IMG/VR virus record: IMGVR_UViG_3300013901_000006
Span: 15,774 to 79,773 of that record
DNA from: a virus
Taxonomy: Duplodnaviria > Heunggongvirae > Uroviricota > Caudoviricetes
Reading direction: 5' to 3' (one strand)
DNA length: 64,000 bases
A program made the translations under genes and the position numbers. The notes below the pieces were generated by a model. That model was not told where the DNA came from, made no database searches, and worked only from the letters and a program-made list of their open reading frames with translations. Every line of letters starts with the position of its first letter. Positions within the stretch are counted from its first letter, which is position 1. Of the stretch, positions 31,347-42,536 are shown one piece after another.

Positions 31347-34300
31347 ATGGCAACAGTGGTAAGCACTTTGTATCCTCCTGTGGTTTCAACGTTTCAAAAC
31401 GCTTTTGTGAATACAGAAGATGCTGTTGTGTATTTTACTCTTTCTTCTTTTAATTCTGCTTCTGAAATAAAGCACGTTCACGTAAGTTGCGTAAATCAAC
31501 TTAATAATGAGAATGCATTAAATAAAATTTCAGGGATTCTTATTGAAGATTTACAATTCGACAAGGCGGCAGGTATGTATTATGTTACCATTCCTACCGC
31601 CTATGTGGATGGAAATGCTTTTAACACGAATCAATTCTATAAAGTTCAAATTAGATTTGATTCTTATGATGGAACTGATGAAGTTCCTATCAATGATGAA
31701 GCCAAGAAGAATAGTTATCTTTTATCTCATACACAATATTTTTCAGAATGGTCTAGTGTTTGTTTAATCAGGCCTATTCATCAACCACAAATCTATCTAT
31801 CTGTATTTGAGAATTATACAGGTAATTCATATATGACATTTAATAAAGGCTTAACGCAAATTGCGGGAGGGCTTTATTTTACCACAGTCAATGGTGCTGG
31901 CGAAGAGGTTATTTTAAATACTGAAACTGAGACATTAGAAGCATTTAAATTCGATATTTTAGATGATGAAAATAATATTTTGTATTCAACACCAACAGTA
32001 TATACTGGTGAAAATTTGAATCCAAATAATATTGTCTATAATATTGATTTTTCATCTTTAAAGAATACAAGCGATGGAACGTCTTCTGATTTGACTAGTA
32101 CATATTATGTTTGCCGTGTCACTTGCCGCACAAAGAATCAATATCAGCTATCTAAAGAATATAAATTTCAAATTGGTGAATATATTGGTACTGACGAATG
32201 GCAGCCTATAATTACCGCTTTTGTAGATGATGAAACCGCTTCGATTAAAGTAACGGTTAAAAACGAATATTCTTTTAGCGATGGTATTCAAGTCTATGTA
32301 AGAAGAGCATCTAATGCTGATAATTTTAAGGAATGGGAAACAATCTATTCTGCAAAGTTACAACAGGTTAATTTCTCCATTATAGACAATACAGTCAACA
32401 GCTTATCATGGTACAGGTATCGTGTAGAAGGTTTGACTTCAACGGGCATGCAAATGGCAAAACCTGTAATGTCTACTATGTGCTTGCCGCAATTTTATGA
32501 TGCTTATCTATCTCGTGGGAAAAAGCAATATGCTATTCGTTATAACTATAAAGTTACTAATTTCAAGCCAACAGTCAATAGAGCTAAAATTGACACCCTT
32601 GGCGGCAAGTATCCTAAATTTGCAGAAAATGCTGTATTAAATTATAAGCAATTTAGCATTAGTGGAACAATCTCTGCGGAAGCTGACCCGTATAGCGAGT
32701 TTGCGAATAAAGCTCAATTGATTCATCATAACAATGATACTCTTAAAGATTTATATTCTGAATATAAAGAAGAAACTGGTGTCAAGGATTTAGTTCGTAA
32801 TGATTTTAAAAACTGGGAAAAGACTAGCGGAAATCAATATCCATCTGCGCCTATTTCCAGTGTAACTTCGCAGAATTATTTAACCACGACTACCAATGAT
32901 TGGCTATATGAACGTGAATTCAGAGAATCTTTAGTCTCTTGGTTAAACGATGGAGAGCCTAAACTTTATCGTTCAATGGCCGAAGGCGCTATGGTCGTTA
33001 TGCTTACCGATATAAGTTTAACACCTAAGGAGACTCTTGGAAGACGTTTATACGATTTTTCAGCTACTGTTTATGAAGTCGAAGATGCTTCTTCTTTGGA
33101 AACTCTTGATACCCTTGGTATTTATGAGCGTCACATGATTTCTTCTATTATGGGAGGAAAAGGTGATGATAATAATGATGATATTAAAGATTACATAGAA
33201 GTTATTAAACCGGGACAAACATACAAATTAACTGTTCCAGATACAAATGATATAAGAAATCGAATTAATGATTTGCTTTCAAAGAAATATAGCGGAGTTT
33301 TATCTGGCTCAAAAGCGGATGAAATTGTTCTTAAAAATGTTAAGATATATTATCATTCCAAGCCTAGATATTATATGTTTCAAGGTTCTGGTTCAGATGG
33401 CATTATAGAGGTAAATTCAGATACTGCCGGTTTGTCTGCGTTAGTGAATTCACATCAAGTTCAACGAGGATATTATTTTAGCGTAATGACTAAAGCAAGC
33501 CAAGGATATAGAAATTTCTTTGTTAATGAACGTGGATATTATCAAATTCCAAATAAATTAGATGTAGTTGGTTTGAGTTTTCAAAAGGACGATGTGGTTA
33601 CCATAGAATATACTTTATGCTATAAAGAACGTTCAAGTTCGAAAGAAGCTATTTCTGGTACGTCGATTGACCGCACACTCGTAGGCCAAGAGAGTGGAGT
33701 TTTTCGCCCTAATGTTTATCTTGGCAACAAGATTCGTAATAAATACAATTTTATTCAAATGGATGGAGATGTTATGCTTTCCAGTAAGTGCATGCGCTAT
33801 TGGAAAGGTATTTGTTTAGATGTAACTCCATATGCTGTTGCAAGTATTAAATATCATAATGAAAATGATTTTAAGAATTTTTTGGTTGGCGGCACAGGTG
33901 TACTTCACATGTTACGTGATGTTCCTGTAGACGATATTTGTTTTTTGGGCATTCGTATGAAGCAGGTAGATAAAAAGAAATATTTACAGCCAAATGAATT
34001 CAGACTTGATTCATCTGTAAATGCTTCAACAGTTCAAAATCTTAATTGGTTTACTGTAATAGATGCAAAAGATACAAAACAACCAGTATCTGTTGTTCAA
34101 GATGACGAAGAACCTGTAGATAGGTTTAGTTCATCTTGGAAGGTTATTGGATTACCAGAATCTTCTGTAGTATACACTGATGAAAATGATATTGAAAAAC
34201 CTGCTTTAAACACGGTATATAATGTTAATAATAAATTAAGATTATATTATAACTATCAATGGTATGATTTTGCTTTTGGGGCGATTGACCAAATCAACGG

Positions 34301-34394
34301 TAATACGTCTACTGAGCGCATAGGCATTGCATCTATACCAGTAGAAGGTATGATTAATTATTATGGAACGGTAATGACTACTAATTATCAATAG
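31347..34394 (+). CDS. Tail/baseplate protein with Ig/FN3-like domains
   Basis: 1015 aa; FN3-like segment (YVRRASN...WETI...DNTVNSLSWYRYRV). Confidence 0.55.
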   Translation: MATVVSTLYPPVVSTFQNAFVNTEDAVVYFTLSSFNSASEIKHVHVSCVNQLNNENALNKISGILIEDLQFDKAAGMYYVTIPTAYVDGNAFNTNQFYKVQIRFDSYDGTDEVPINDEAKKNSYLLSHTQYFSEWSSVCLIRPIHQPQIYLSVFENYTGNSYMTFNKGLTQIAGGLYFTTVNGAGEEVILNTETETLEAFKFDILDDENNILYSTPTVYTGENLNPNNIVYNIDFSSLKNTSDGTSSDLTSTYYVCRVTCRTKNQYQLSKEYKFQIGEYIGTDEWQPIITAFVDDETASIKVTVKNEYSFSDGIQVYVRRASNADNFKEWETIYSAKLQQVNFSIIDNTVNSLSWYRYRVEGLTSTGMQMAKPVMSTMCLPQFYDAYLSRGKKQYAIRYNYKVTNFKPTVNRAKIDTLGGKYPKFAENAVLNYKQFSISGTISAEADPYSEFANKAQLIHHNNDTLKDLYSEYKEETGVKDLVRNDFKNWEKTSGNQYPSAPISSVTSQNYLTTTTNDWLYEREFRESLVSWLNDGEPKLYRSMAEGAMVVMLTDISLTPKETLGRRLYDFSATVYEVEDASSLETLDTLGIYERHMISSIMGGKGDDNNDDIKDYIEVIKPGQTYKLTVPDTNDIRNRINDLLSKKYSGVLSGSKADEIVLKNVKIYYHSKPRYYMFQGSGSDGIIEVNSDTAGLSALVNSHQVQRGYYFSVMTKASQGYRNFFVNERGYYQIPNKLDVVGLSFQKDDVVTIEYTLCYKERSSSKEAISGTSIDRTLVGQESGVFRPNVYLGNKIRNKYNFIQMDGDVMLSSKCMRYWKGICLDVTPYAVASIKYHNENDFKNFLVGGTGVLHMLRDVPVDDICFLGIRMKQVDKKKYLQPNEFRLDSSVNASTVQNLNWFTVIDAKDTKQPVSVVQDDEEPVDRFSSSWKVIGLPESSVVYTDENDIEKPALNTVYNVNNKLRLYYNYQWYDFAFGAIDQINGNTSTERIGIASIPVEGMINYYGTVMTTNYQ

Positions 34395-34402
34395 GAGGGA
34401 AA

Positions 34403-36712
34403 ATGAGAAGGACTTATCCTTATCTTCAAGATTCATATTATGAAGATGAAAATAGCGCCATAAAACGTAGAAATTTCCTCAAGACTATTGATAATTTTGT
34501 TAATCAAAAACAATATGTGCGGATTACACTTTTAAATTGGAATGAAGAGCCATTGAAAGAGATTCAAGGAGTTATAGCTTCTGGCACTCTCAATAAGGAT
34601 GGCTCTTCTGCCATAAGACGTACTTGTTCTCTAACAGCTTCTATCAGTAGTGGAGAATATGATATTGAGAATATGTCATATGATTTTGCCGTCAATAAGA
34701 AAATTTTCATCGAAATTGGCATTGAAAATCATAGTGACCAATATAAAGATTATTCTATTTTATGGTTTCCGCAGGGTGTATTTTTTATTGCTGGTGCAAG
34801 TGCGTCATCTAGCGTTTCATCAGTCGTGTCTTTGCAGCTGACTTTAAAAGACAAGATGTGCGGACTGAGCGGTGACGTTGCAGGCAAATTGCCAGCAGCA
34901 GTTATCTTTGATGAAGAAGATACACAAGATGCATCTGGCGCATACGTTACCCAAAAGGTTTTAGTATATGATATTATCAAAGAGTTGGTTAACCATTATG
35001 GTGGTGAAGATTTAAATAATATCGTTATAGAAGACGTTCCCAAGAGAATCAAAAGGGTTATGAAATGGACTGGTTCAAATCCATTATGGCTTGTCCCGCA
35101 ACAAAGCGGCAGCGCAGGCGTGATTTGGTATGCGGCATATATTGATGAACCTTCTGAAAAGCCACCTGGAACGATTGAAGTTTTAAGCGGGCAAGACTGT
35201 GGATATATATATGATGATTTTGTATATGATTCAGACTTGTCGGCCAATCTTGGCGATAGCGTAACTAGCGTGCTAGATAAAATTAAACAATATCTTGGCA
35301 ATTTTGAATATTTCTATGATGAATTTGGCGTTTTTCATTTCAGAGAAATTAAAAATTATTTAAATACTACACAAGCTACGACACTTGTAAATGATATGTC
35401 AAAACATGACTATCTTGTGGAAACAACCACAGGTAAAACAGTATATACATTCAATGATAAAGATAATATTATCAGTATTTCTAAAACTCCACAGCTTGAT
35501 AATATTAAGAATGATTTTATCATTCAAGGTACGCGGCAAGGCATAAACAGCTCACAGAAAGTTGACATTAGATACCATTTAGCTATTGATCGCAAACCAA
35601 CTCCCGTTATAACAGATGAATTCGGTAATAACTTTTATAATACATATTATAATCTATTGCTATATACAGAAGAATCAACGCAAGAGATAAAAGCTGCTTT
35701 TCCAGCAATATATACAACAAAAGATGATTTTCCTACTATTGGAGAATTTAATACTATCTATCTTGATGCTACAAACAGATTTGCTTATTATTGGAAAGAC
35801 GATACATATAAAGCATTGAAGTGTTCAGCTTTCTACCCTGCACAAGACACACAAGTATCTCTATCTGATATTTCAGTATATGCTACAGATAGCACTAGCT
35901 CTGAGGATGATACTAATCCTGTTCCAGTACCAGTGTATCCAAATGGATATACGGTAAAAGATTGGCGTACAGAGTTATATCTTGAAGGACTTATTTGCCG
36001 CAAGAATGGTATCGATTCTGGCAATTATTATGCTAAAATTGATTCTATTTCAGGATGGCAAGGGGATATTTTACAATATGTACATAATTGCAGAATAGAT
36101 ACTGATTATTATTTTGAAGAACTTGAAGCGTTTTGGCCTACAATCTATGATTTGGTTGAACAAAAGTTTATAGGCGAAAAAGAAAATACTGAATTGTTGA
36201 CTTCTTCTTTAACCGATGGAAACTATTTTTTAGATTTCATAGATTCGTCTTCTACAGACTTAGGGAAGTTTTCAGTTTCAGCCATTGGCCGCAGAACTGA
36301 TGCTGTGGTTTCTGATGATGTTAATTGTCTGTTTGCGCCAGAGATTCCAAATATAGTATTTATTAATGCGGATGAAGATGATAAAGGCAGAGCCAAACAG
36401 CAGGAATGCCAAGAGAACGGAATGCCGTTTACACAAGTGCGTGGTGAGGTATTTTATAATTTAGCTACTGGCGGATATAAAAATGGAGCTTTCGACCAAG
36501 TAAAATATGAATTATATTTACATACTACTTATCAAAATTCTGCCACGATTACTGCCATTCCAGTTTTTTATCTTGAACCCAATGTTAGAATCGGACTGAA
36601 TGATACGTCTACAAATACATATGGCGATTTCAATTTAAATACTATTTCTATTCCTCTTGGTGCTGGTAACACAATGAGTGTTTCATGTAGTCAAGCGATT
36701 GAAAGATTTTAA
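34403..36712 (+). CDS. Tail hub/tip (Tal-like) protein
   Basis: 769 aa; LKEIQGVIASGTLNKDGSSAIRRTCSLT is a hub-type N-terminus (recognised from similar siphophage proteins; inference). Confidence 0.55.
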   Translation: MRRTYPYLQDSYYEDENSAIKRRNFLKTIDNFVNQKQYVRITLLNWNEEPLKEIQGVIASGTLNKDGSSAIRRTCSLTASISSGEYDIENMSYDFAVNKKIFIEIGIENHSDQYKDYSILWFPQGVFFIAGASASSSVSSVVSLQLTLKDKMCGLSGDVAGKLPAAVIFDEEDTQDASGAYVTQKVLVYDIIKELVNHYGGEDLNNIVIEDVPKRIKRVMKWTGSNPLWLVPQQSGSAGVIWYAAYIDEPSEKPPGTIEVLSGQDCGYIYDDFVYDSDLSANLGDSVTSVLDKIKQYLGNFEYFYDEFGVFHFREIKNYLNTTQATTLVNDMSKHDYLVETTTGKTVYTFNDKDNIISISKTPQLDNIKNDFIIQGTRQGINSSQKVDIRYHLAIDRKPTPVITDEFGNNFYNTYYNLLLYTEESTQEIKAAFPAIYTTKDDFPTIGEFNTIYLDATNRFAYYWKDDTYKALKCSAFYPAQDTQVSLSDISVYATDSTSSEDDTNPVPVPVYPNGYTVKDWRTELYLEGLICRKNGIDSGNYYAKIDSISGWQGDILQYVHNCRIDTDYYFEELEAFWPTIYDLVEQKFIGEKENTELLTSSLTDGNYFLDFIDSSSTDLGKFSVSAIGRRTDAVVSDDVNCLFAPEIPNIVFINADEDDKGRAKQQECQENGMPFTQVRGEVFYNLATGGYKNGAFDQVKYELYLHTTYQNSATITAIPVFYLEPNVRIGLNDTSTNTYGDFNLNTISIPLGAGNTMSVSCSQAIERF

Positions 36713-36797
36713 CCTATAGGGCAAATCAGTATAATTGATTTGCCCTATTTTTTATTTTTATATAGGTATGTTTTTAAGAAATAAAAGGAGGGATTAC

Positions 36798-37748
36798 ATG
36801 GCAACTACACAATTGGGACAATTTAGATTCCCAGGGAGCGGATGTGTTGCGGATTATGCGTCACAGCTTACTTATGTAAAATCTGCGGCAGATATTACCA
36901 CTGGTTCTAGTAGCGATAGCGGTAGTTCTGGCTTCCAAGATGTTGCTATCATTCCTAATGCCGCTTTCTCTAAAGGTCAAGATTATTATTTAAAGGTTCA
37001 GATTCCGCAAGATATGAATTATGCAATGGAATTTACAATTAAATTATCTAAAGATGCTGATAAGGGAACTGAGACATATCAGTATATTAAAACTGTTAAT
37101 GTGAATGCTGGCGGTACAAGGAAAAACGTTTATGACGTTGCATTATATGAAAAGGAAGATGGCACTGTAAGCGCTATGATTCCTCTTAAATATGGTAATG
37201 GAAATATCGCTGGTATGCTTTATTTTAGAAAATCTGATAGGCAATATTACCTTGGTACTGGTGGTACGTCATATAAACAAACAGATAAACGTAATGTTGT
37301 TTCTTTGGCCGAATCTTGGCGTAATGATGTTGGCGAAAGATATGGCGTTTTTGAAATGATTTTTAGACCAGTAGAAGATGGATTTACGTCTATTGTCCTA
37401 TCGATGACTCGCCAATCAGAGGATTACAATATTCAACGTACTACTAGTAGTGGTATTGAATATGGCCGCAAAGTAGATATAACTAAAATGTCTTATAGTC
37501 TTATGCAAATAACGAATTTAGTTACCTCAATGAATTCAAATTCCACTCTTGATAGAATAGGCGTATGGGGCCATTCTGGTCTTATGATGGCTGTCAATGG
37601 TGAAGAGATTAAAATTGGACCAAGTGGTTTTTATGAACTTTCAGAGGTTCCTGTTTCTTCTCTTGGAGTGGTAGCTAAAGATTATAACGATTCTTTTACA
37701 ATAGATTATGAATTTACCCAAAGAGATACAGAAGAGGAAGGTGAATAA
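36798..37748 (+). CDS. Hypothetical tail protein
   Basis: The SD AAGGAGG favours ATG 36798 (MATTQLGQF) over the track start at 36735. Confidence 0.55.
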   Translation: MATTQLGQFRFPGSGCVADYASQLTYVKSAADITTGSSSDSGSSGFQDVAIIPNAAFSKGQDYYLKVQIPQDMNYAMEFTIKLSKDADKGTETYQYIKTVNVNAGGTRKNVYDVALYEKEDGTVSAMIPLKYGNGNIAGMLYFRKSDRQYYLGTGGTSYKQTDKRNVVSLAESWRNDVGERYGVFEMIFRPVEDGFTSIVLSMTRQSEDYNIQRTTSSGIEYGRKVDITKMSYSLMQITNLVTSMNSNSTLDRIGVWGHSGLMMAVNGEEIKIGPSGFYELSEVPVSSLGVVAKDYNDSFTIDYEFTQRDTEEEGE

Positions 37749-37750
37749 TT

Positions 37751-40030
37751 TTGGATTCGCTTTATGGAGGTCATCAAGCCCCTGCTTTTACGATTAAAGC
37801 TGCATTCGCTTCTGTGCAAGATATGATAACTAGTTTTTCTCTTGGGGCAAATTTTACCGAAGTATGGTATGATGAATTTTGTATTATTAATACAAAAAAT
37901 AAAAATCACCCTGATAACGGTAAATTATTTCAAAGAGGATTAGATTATCAGAATTCTATGGGCGGAGCTATTCTGCGTGGTCAAATAGTCGGTCCATCTT
38001 CTGGTACTCCGTTTTTTGAAATTTCATCTATTGATAATGTAGCCGCAAAGTCAACCGAGCAATTAGATGAAAATAGCTATCGCCGTTATCCAACAGGTCA
38101 AACAAGCACAGGCTTGGCTATTACGAATTGGAAGCAAGATGACAATGGAACTTGGTATGACGCAAAGGGTAATATCAAGAAAGATTTTAAATTCGGTATA
38201 AAAAATAATGTGCTTGTGCCCGGCAAAAAGGACAATACCTTCAATGATGATATTGAATATACATGGGTTAATATTCGCAAAGATGATGAAGATGCAGATT
38301 CTTGGTTTTATGTTGGCTTAAAATTGCCATATACTGTAATTGACTATAAAGCACACGCCGTTTCTCAGTATGACCAAGCTGGCAATATTAAGCAAGATGC
38401 GGCTATGGCAAGTATTAATCGTATTGACGATGAAACGCATCCATTTTGGGAATATTGGGACATGGGTATCCCTAAAGGCATTAAAGGTGATACTTTACGC
38501 AATCTTAAAGTAATTACCATGAGCAATACATATCGTGGCAAGATTTACGATACTAGCAACGTAAAAGTTGATGGGACTACTGGCCTTGCTACTGTAGGTG
38601 CCGCAGGTTATACTGGTATGGATGATGATATTGCGGCAGGCCGTCAGATTGTTTGCTATGAGCTTTATATTTATGATAAACAGTTGAATCCATCGCCTAT
38701 TTTAATTTATCTTGGTGATTTTAATATTATTAAAAATATTGCCCTTGATGATTATGGCACATTAACTGTATCTTATACTCATAACGATAACACTGTATTT
38801 GAGAAGAAAATCAAGTGGGTAACAGGCGTCTCTTTGTCTACCGGAGATGGCTCTAAGGGTGGACACTTCGAAATGAATTTCAACAATGGTTCGCCTGCTT
38901 ACCAAACAGACCTTACATGGGTTAAAGGCCTTAAAATTGAAGATAATGGTGATGTTATCGGCACATTTGCAGGTACCAATGGCGGCACATTGTCCAATGA
39001 TGGTAAAAACAAAGTAGGCCATATCCGCTGGATTAGTTCTGTTACATTGGATGAAAATACAGGCCATTTTGTATGTGCTTTCAATGATGGTACTGCTTCT
39101 GTAAATAAATATCTTACTTGGGTTAAAAATATCACAATTGACCAGTCTAATGGCAATATTACAATTAATACCACTACTGGTGATAAACTTAGTCCTGCCA
39201 AACTAAAGTTATTGACCGCCGCACGTGTCAATGATGTTGGTGAGACAACGCTTATTTTCAATACTGGTGAAACAATCAGCCTCAAGACTGAGAACGGTGG
39301 CGAGAATTACAAAATCACTACTGTTAAGTCTATCTATATGGGAACTGGTATTAGTGATGACAAGAGCATCTATGTTAAATATAATAGCAATCCAAACCCT
39401 GTAAAAGTTAGTGACCCTATTAATTCAATTGAACATTTAGTTGTACGGCCTAGCGATTGGCATTTATTTGTATTATATAGCGACCCGTCACATCGTGTTA
39501 AAGTTGCTACAAATGGTTGGATTTCAAACAACGATGCCATGGCATATGATTCGTCAATTCCAAATTATGGCGCAAATGTTTACTGGAAAGACCTTGGTAC
39601 AATTAAAGACCAAGCAGGTATTCTAGTTGGCTTTAATGTTACAAAAACACAGCTAACTACGGCTGGCTATACTGATGCGAATATTATTGAATATTTAAAT
39701 AAAGAGTATCCCTTTGGCCTTACAGGTGCGCAGAATCAGCCAGGTGGTCAATCCACATTAGGTAAGATTATCACATATCAGCCTAATGATGAAGCCAAGA
39801 GCGACAAAGAATTCTATGCATTTGATTATAATCTAGGTACATGGTATTATCTTGGCAAGATTGCGGATACTGGTATGCGCGATGTTAAGTTAATGGACGA
39901 AAGTGCTGCTACCTATGAGAGCATCAAAATGCTTACAGTAGAAGGTCTTGCATTTTTAAAGAATTCTGTTACTGTTTCAGATAATGCTATTCCATCTTAT
40001 TGGTCTAGTGCCTATAAGTTTGGAGCATAA
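37751..40030 (+). CDS. Tail/baseplate structural protein
   Basis: 759 aa with repeated ...(T/R)W(V/I)(K/T/S)... beta units in the middle. Confidence 0.5.
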   Translation: MDSLYGGHQAPAFTIKAAFASVQDMITSFSLGANFTEVWYDEFCIINTKNKNHPDNGKLFQRGLDYQNSMGGAILRGQIVGPSSGTPFFEISSIDNVAAKSTEQLDENSYRRYPTGQTSTGLAITNWKQDDNGTWYDAKGNIKKDFKFGIKNNVLVPGKKDNTFNDDIEYTWVNIRKDDEDADSWFYVGLKLPYTVIDYKAHAVSQYDQAGNIKQDAAMASINRIDDETHPFWEYWDMGIPKGIKGDTLRNLKVITMSNTYRGKIYDTSNVKVDGTTGLATVGAAGYTGMDDDIAAGRQIVCYELYIYDKQLNPSPILIYLGDFNIIKNIALDDYGTLTVSYTHNDNTVFEKKIKWVTGVSLSTGDGSKGGHFEMNFNNGSPAYQTDLTWVKGLKIEDNGDVIGTFAGTNGGTLSNDGKNKVGHIRWISSVTLDENTGHFVCAFNDGTASVNKYLTWVKNITIDQSNGNITINTTTGDKLSPAKLKLLTAARVNDVGETTLIFNTGETISLKTENGGENYKITTVKSIYMGTGISDDKSIYVKYNSNPNPVKVSDPINSIEHLVVRPSDWHLFVLYSDPSHRVKVATNGWISNNDAMAYDSSIPNYGANVYWKDLGTIKDQAGILVGFNVTKTQLTTAGYTDANIIEYLNKEYPFGLTGAQNQPGGQSTLGKIITYQPNDEAKSDKEFYAFDYNLGTWYYLGKIADTGMRDVKLMDESAATYESIKMLTVEGLAFLKNSVTVSDNAIPSYWSSAYKFGA

Positions 40031-40032
40031 AT

Positions 40033-40386
40033 ATGAAACTTGAACAAATTAAAGGGCCTTTTTCAGTAAAATCAAATCATACATTTAATGCGGGCGCTGG
40101 TAACTCTTATGTACATATTGGTATTCAAATTCCAAAACGTCAACCCATCGCATATTCTGAATATCGTGCTTTAAATGAAGGAAAAGAAGATATTGTCCTT
40201 TTTCCGCAAATTCCTGATTATGATGTAACTATCACTACAAATGAAAGTGAATTTTCGTATAAAATCAATGAGATAGGAATTCTAGAACTTGATGGACATT
40301 TCGGCTCTAAATTAAAATTTACATTTGAAAAACCTATGCCGCCAGAGACAATTATAGATGTTATCTATGCAAGCAATGACGATTAA
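40033..40386 (+). CDS. Hypothetical protein
   Basis: 117-aa ORF in the operon. Confidence 0.5.
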   Translation: MKLEQIKGPFSVKSNHTFNAGAGNSYVHIGIQIPKRQPIAYSEYRALNEGKEDIVLFPQIPDYDVTITTNESEFSYKINEIGILELDGHFGSKLKFTFEKPMPPETIIDVIYASNDD

Positions 40387-40397
40387 GGAGGTAGTAA

Positions 40398-41930
40398 ATG
40401 GCTAAAGGCAATCCAAATGATTCTACGATGAAAAATAATTTCGTAGCCAAGGTATATGACCCAACATTAGAGACTTATAGGCCGATTTATGTTGCGCCAG
40501 ATGCTACCAACAACAAGCGTGGCGAAGTCTGGCTCTCAGACGCAACTAGTGCGACAGATAGTGCGGCTACTGGCGTAGTTGCTGCTACGCCTAAAGCAGT
40601 AAAAGCTGTAAATGATAATGCAAATAATAAACTTGATAGAACAACAACCACGGCGCAAACAGTGGCTTCTGCAACAACTTTTGCTGGTAAAGTAACTGGT
40701 AATGGTGGTTTCGCTGGAAATCTAACAGGTAATGTTACTGGTAACGCCGATACTGCTACAAAGCTAAAAACAGCCCGCTCAATTAGTGTTAAAGCAGGTA
40801 ACAACGGTGGTGCTGGTAGCGCAAATTTTGATGGCTCTGGAAATGTTTCTATTACCATTCCTTCAATCGATGCAACGGCTGTGACCGGTACTTTGCCGTT
40901 ATCAGCTATTCCGCAAGGGGCATTAGAGCGCATGGTTACGGTAACAGATAGAGCCGCACGTTTAAAATTGACAGCATCGCAAGTTCAGCTTGGAGATACT
41001 GTTAAGCAATCCGATACAGGTGTCCTTTATATTGTTGTTGACGAATCTAAATTAAATCAAGATGCTGGTTATCAAGAATACAAAGCTGGTACGGCGCTTG
41101 AAGCAAACCATGCGGCGAATGCAGATAATGCAACTAATGCAACAACTGCTTCAAAGGTTGGACATACATTATCTATTACCAATATATACGGCACAACGAG
41201 CGCACAGAGAAAACAAACTGTTACTTTTAATGGTTCTGCGGATGCATCATTGAGTATTGATACAGTACAGCCAGAAGCAATGAAGGGCGCTACATCATCT
41301 GTCGCAGGAGCCAAAGGTCTTGTTCCGCAACCAGCAGCAGGAGATAATACTAAGTTCTTGCGCGGTGACGGTACGTGGCAGGTAGCTGGTGAAGTCACTG
41401 GTGTTAAGGGTGATGCGGAAACTACATACCGCAAAGGCAATGTTAATCTTACTTGTGCCAATATCGGGGCTGCTGCTGCGAATCATAATCACGATAGCTC
41501 ATATTTAAAGCTATCTGGCGGCGCACTGACTGGAACATTAACCTCTCGTTCAATCACACCGAGTGCCAATAATTCTTACTCTCTTGGCACATCAAACAAT
41601 AAATGGAATTATGTATATGCAACTAGCTTTGTTGGTAATCTTACTGGTAATGTTGAGGGCAACGCAACTAGTGCAACGAATGCCCAGTCCGCCAATAAAT
41701 TTAATAATACTGTCGCTTTGAGTGGTGATGTAACAACATCTGCCACTAGTTTCAATACTGCAAGTGCTATCACTATGTCCACCACTATTGGAAATGGTAA
41801 AGTAACATCTGCAAAAATTGCGGATAAAGCTGTTACAAATAGTAAAATTGCAGATGACGTTGGTACTGTTTACGTCGGCGCTTCTGAGCCTACAGAAGAA
41901 CATGTCAAAATCTGGGTTAAAATTGTTTAG
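40398..41930 (+). CDS. Tail fibre protein A
   Basis: Thr/Ala/Gly-rich fibre motifs (NADTATKLKTARSISV, GLVPQPAAG..KFLRGDGTW); C-terminal EPTEEHVKIWVKIV. Confidence 0.7.
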   Translation: MAKGNPNDSTMKNNFVAKVYDPTLETYRPIYVAPDATNNKRGEVWLSDATSATDSAATGVVAATPKAVKAVNDNANNKLDRTTTTAQTVASATTFAGKVTGNGGFAGNLTGNVTGNADTATKLKTARSISVKAGNNGGAGSANFDGSGNVSITIPSIDATAVTGTLPLSAIPQGALERMVTVTDRAARLKLTASQVQLGDTVKQSDTGVLYIVVDESKLNQDAGYQEYKAGTALEANHAANADNATNATTASKVGHTLSITNIYGTTSAQRKQTVTFNGSADASLSIDTVQPEAMKGATSSVAGAKGLVPQPAAGDNTKFLRGDGTWQVAGEVTGVKGDAETTYRKGNVNLTCANIGAAAANHNHDSSYLKLSGGALTGTLTSRSITPSANNSYSLGTSNNKWNYVYATSFVGNLTGNVEGNATSATNAQSANKFNNTVALSGDVTTSATSFNTASAITMSTTIGNGKVTSAKIADKAVTNSKIADDVGTVYVGASEPTEEHVKIWVKIV

Positions 41931-41943
41931 AAAGGAATCTATA

Positions 41944-42015
41944 ATGTTACATTGCATTCTCTTGGGGGGGGGGGCTTGCGCCCCGCTAAATAATTTAGCT
42001 GATATTTGTGGCTGA
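41944..42015 (+). CDS. Poly-G leader peptide L1 (G11 at 41964-41974), currently coupled to the GTG at 42008
   Basis: AAAGGA SD; reads MLHCILLGGGACAPLNNLADICG*. TGA 42013-42015 overlaps GTG 42008. Confidence 0.7.
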   Translation: MLHCILLGGGACAPLNNLADICG

Positions 42016-42436
42016 ATTATATGCTTCAAATGGTACTGAATTTACAAAGCTACCTATTATGACAGCGGAGACAACCACTGACACAGAATATAATAATCAT
42101 TTTGCTACTGGTTTTTATTCCGTTAGAGGTGTTCCATCAACTAATGGAACAAGCAACGTCCCTTTCGGTCAATGGGGAAGTGTCTTATCTGATAATTCAA
42201 TTGGAACTCCTTGGCAAATTGCTATACCCGATGGCGCTAATAATTTATATATATATAAACGTGCTCAATCAAGTAACACTTGGTCAAAAATGAGTGCGGG
42301 GTATGCCGACAGCGCTGGAACAGCAACTAGTGCGAATCATGCCACGTCTGCTGGAAGTGCTGATAATGAGTATTCTATTATGGTTCAAGATACTCAGCCA
42401 ACAGATTCAAGATGTAAATTATGGATTCAACCTTAA
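42008..42436 (+). CDS. Short fibre extension module
   Basis: 142 aa, GTG start with no SD, C-terminal QPTDSRCKLWIQP. Confidence 0.65.
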   Translation: MAELYASNGTEFTKLPIMTAETTTDTEYNNHFATGFYSVRGVPSTNGTSNVPFGQWGSVLSDNSIGTPWQIAIPDGANNLYIYKRAQSSNTWSKMSAGYADSAGTATSANHATSAGSADNEYSIMVQDTQPTDSRCKLWIQP

Positions 42437-42452
42437 AATAATATAAAATAAA

Positions 42453-42536
42453 ATGTCTATGGGGGGGGGCATAGTATTTCACCTCTCCTCTCTAGAAAGG
42501 AGTCAATACTATGCCAAAAGCGTATTATCCAGTTAA
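42453..42536 (+). CDS. Poly-G leader peptide L2 (G9 at 42461-42469)
   Basis: MSMGGGIVFHLSSLERSQYYAKSVLSS* crosses the CTCCT/AGGAG SD hairpin. There is no SD for the leader itself. Confidence 0.5.
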   Translation: MSMGGGIVFHLSSLERSQYYAKSVLSS

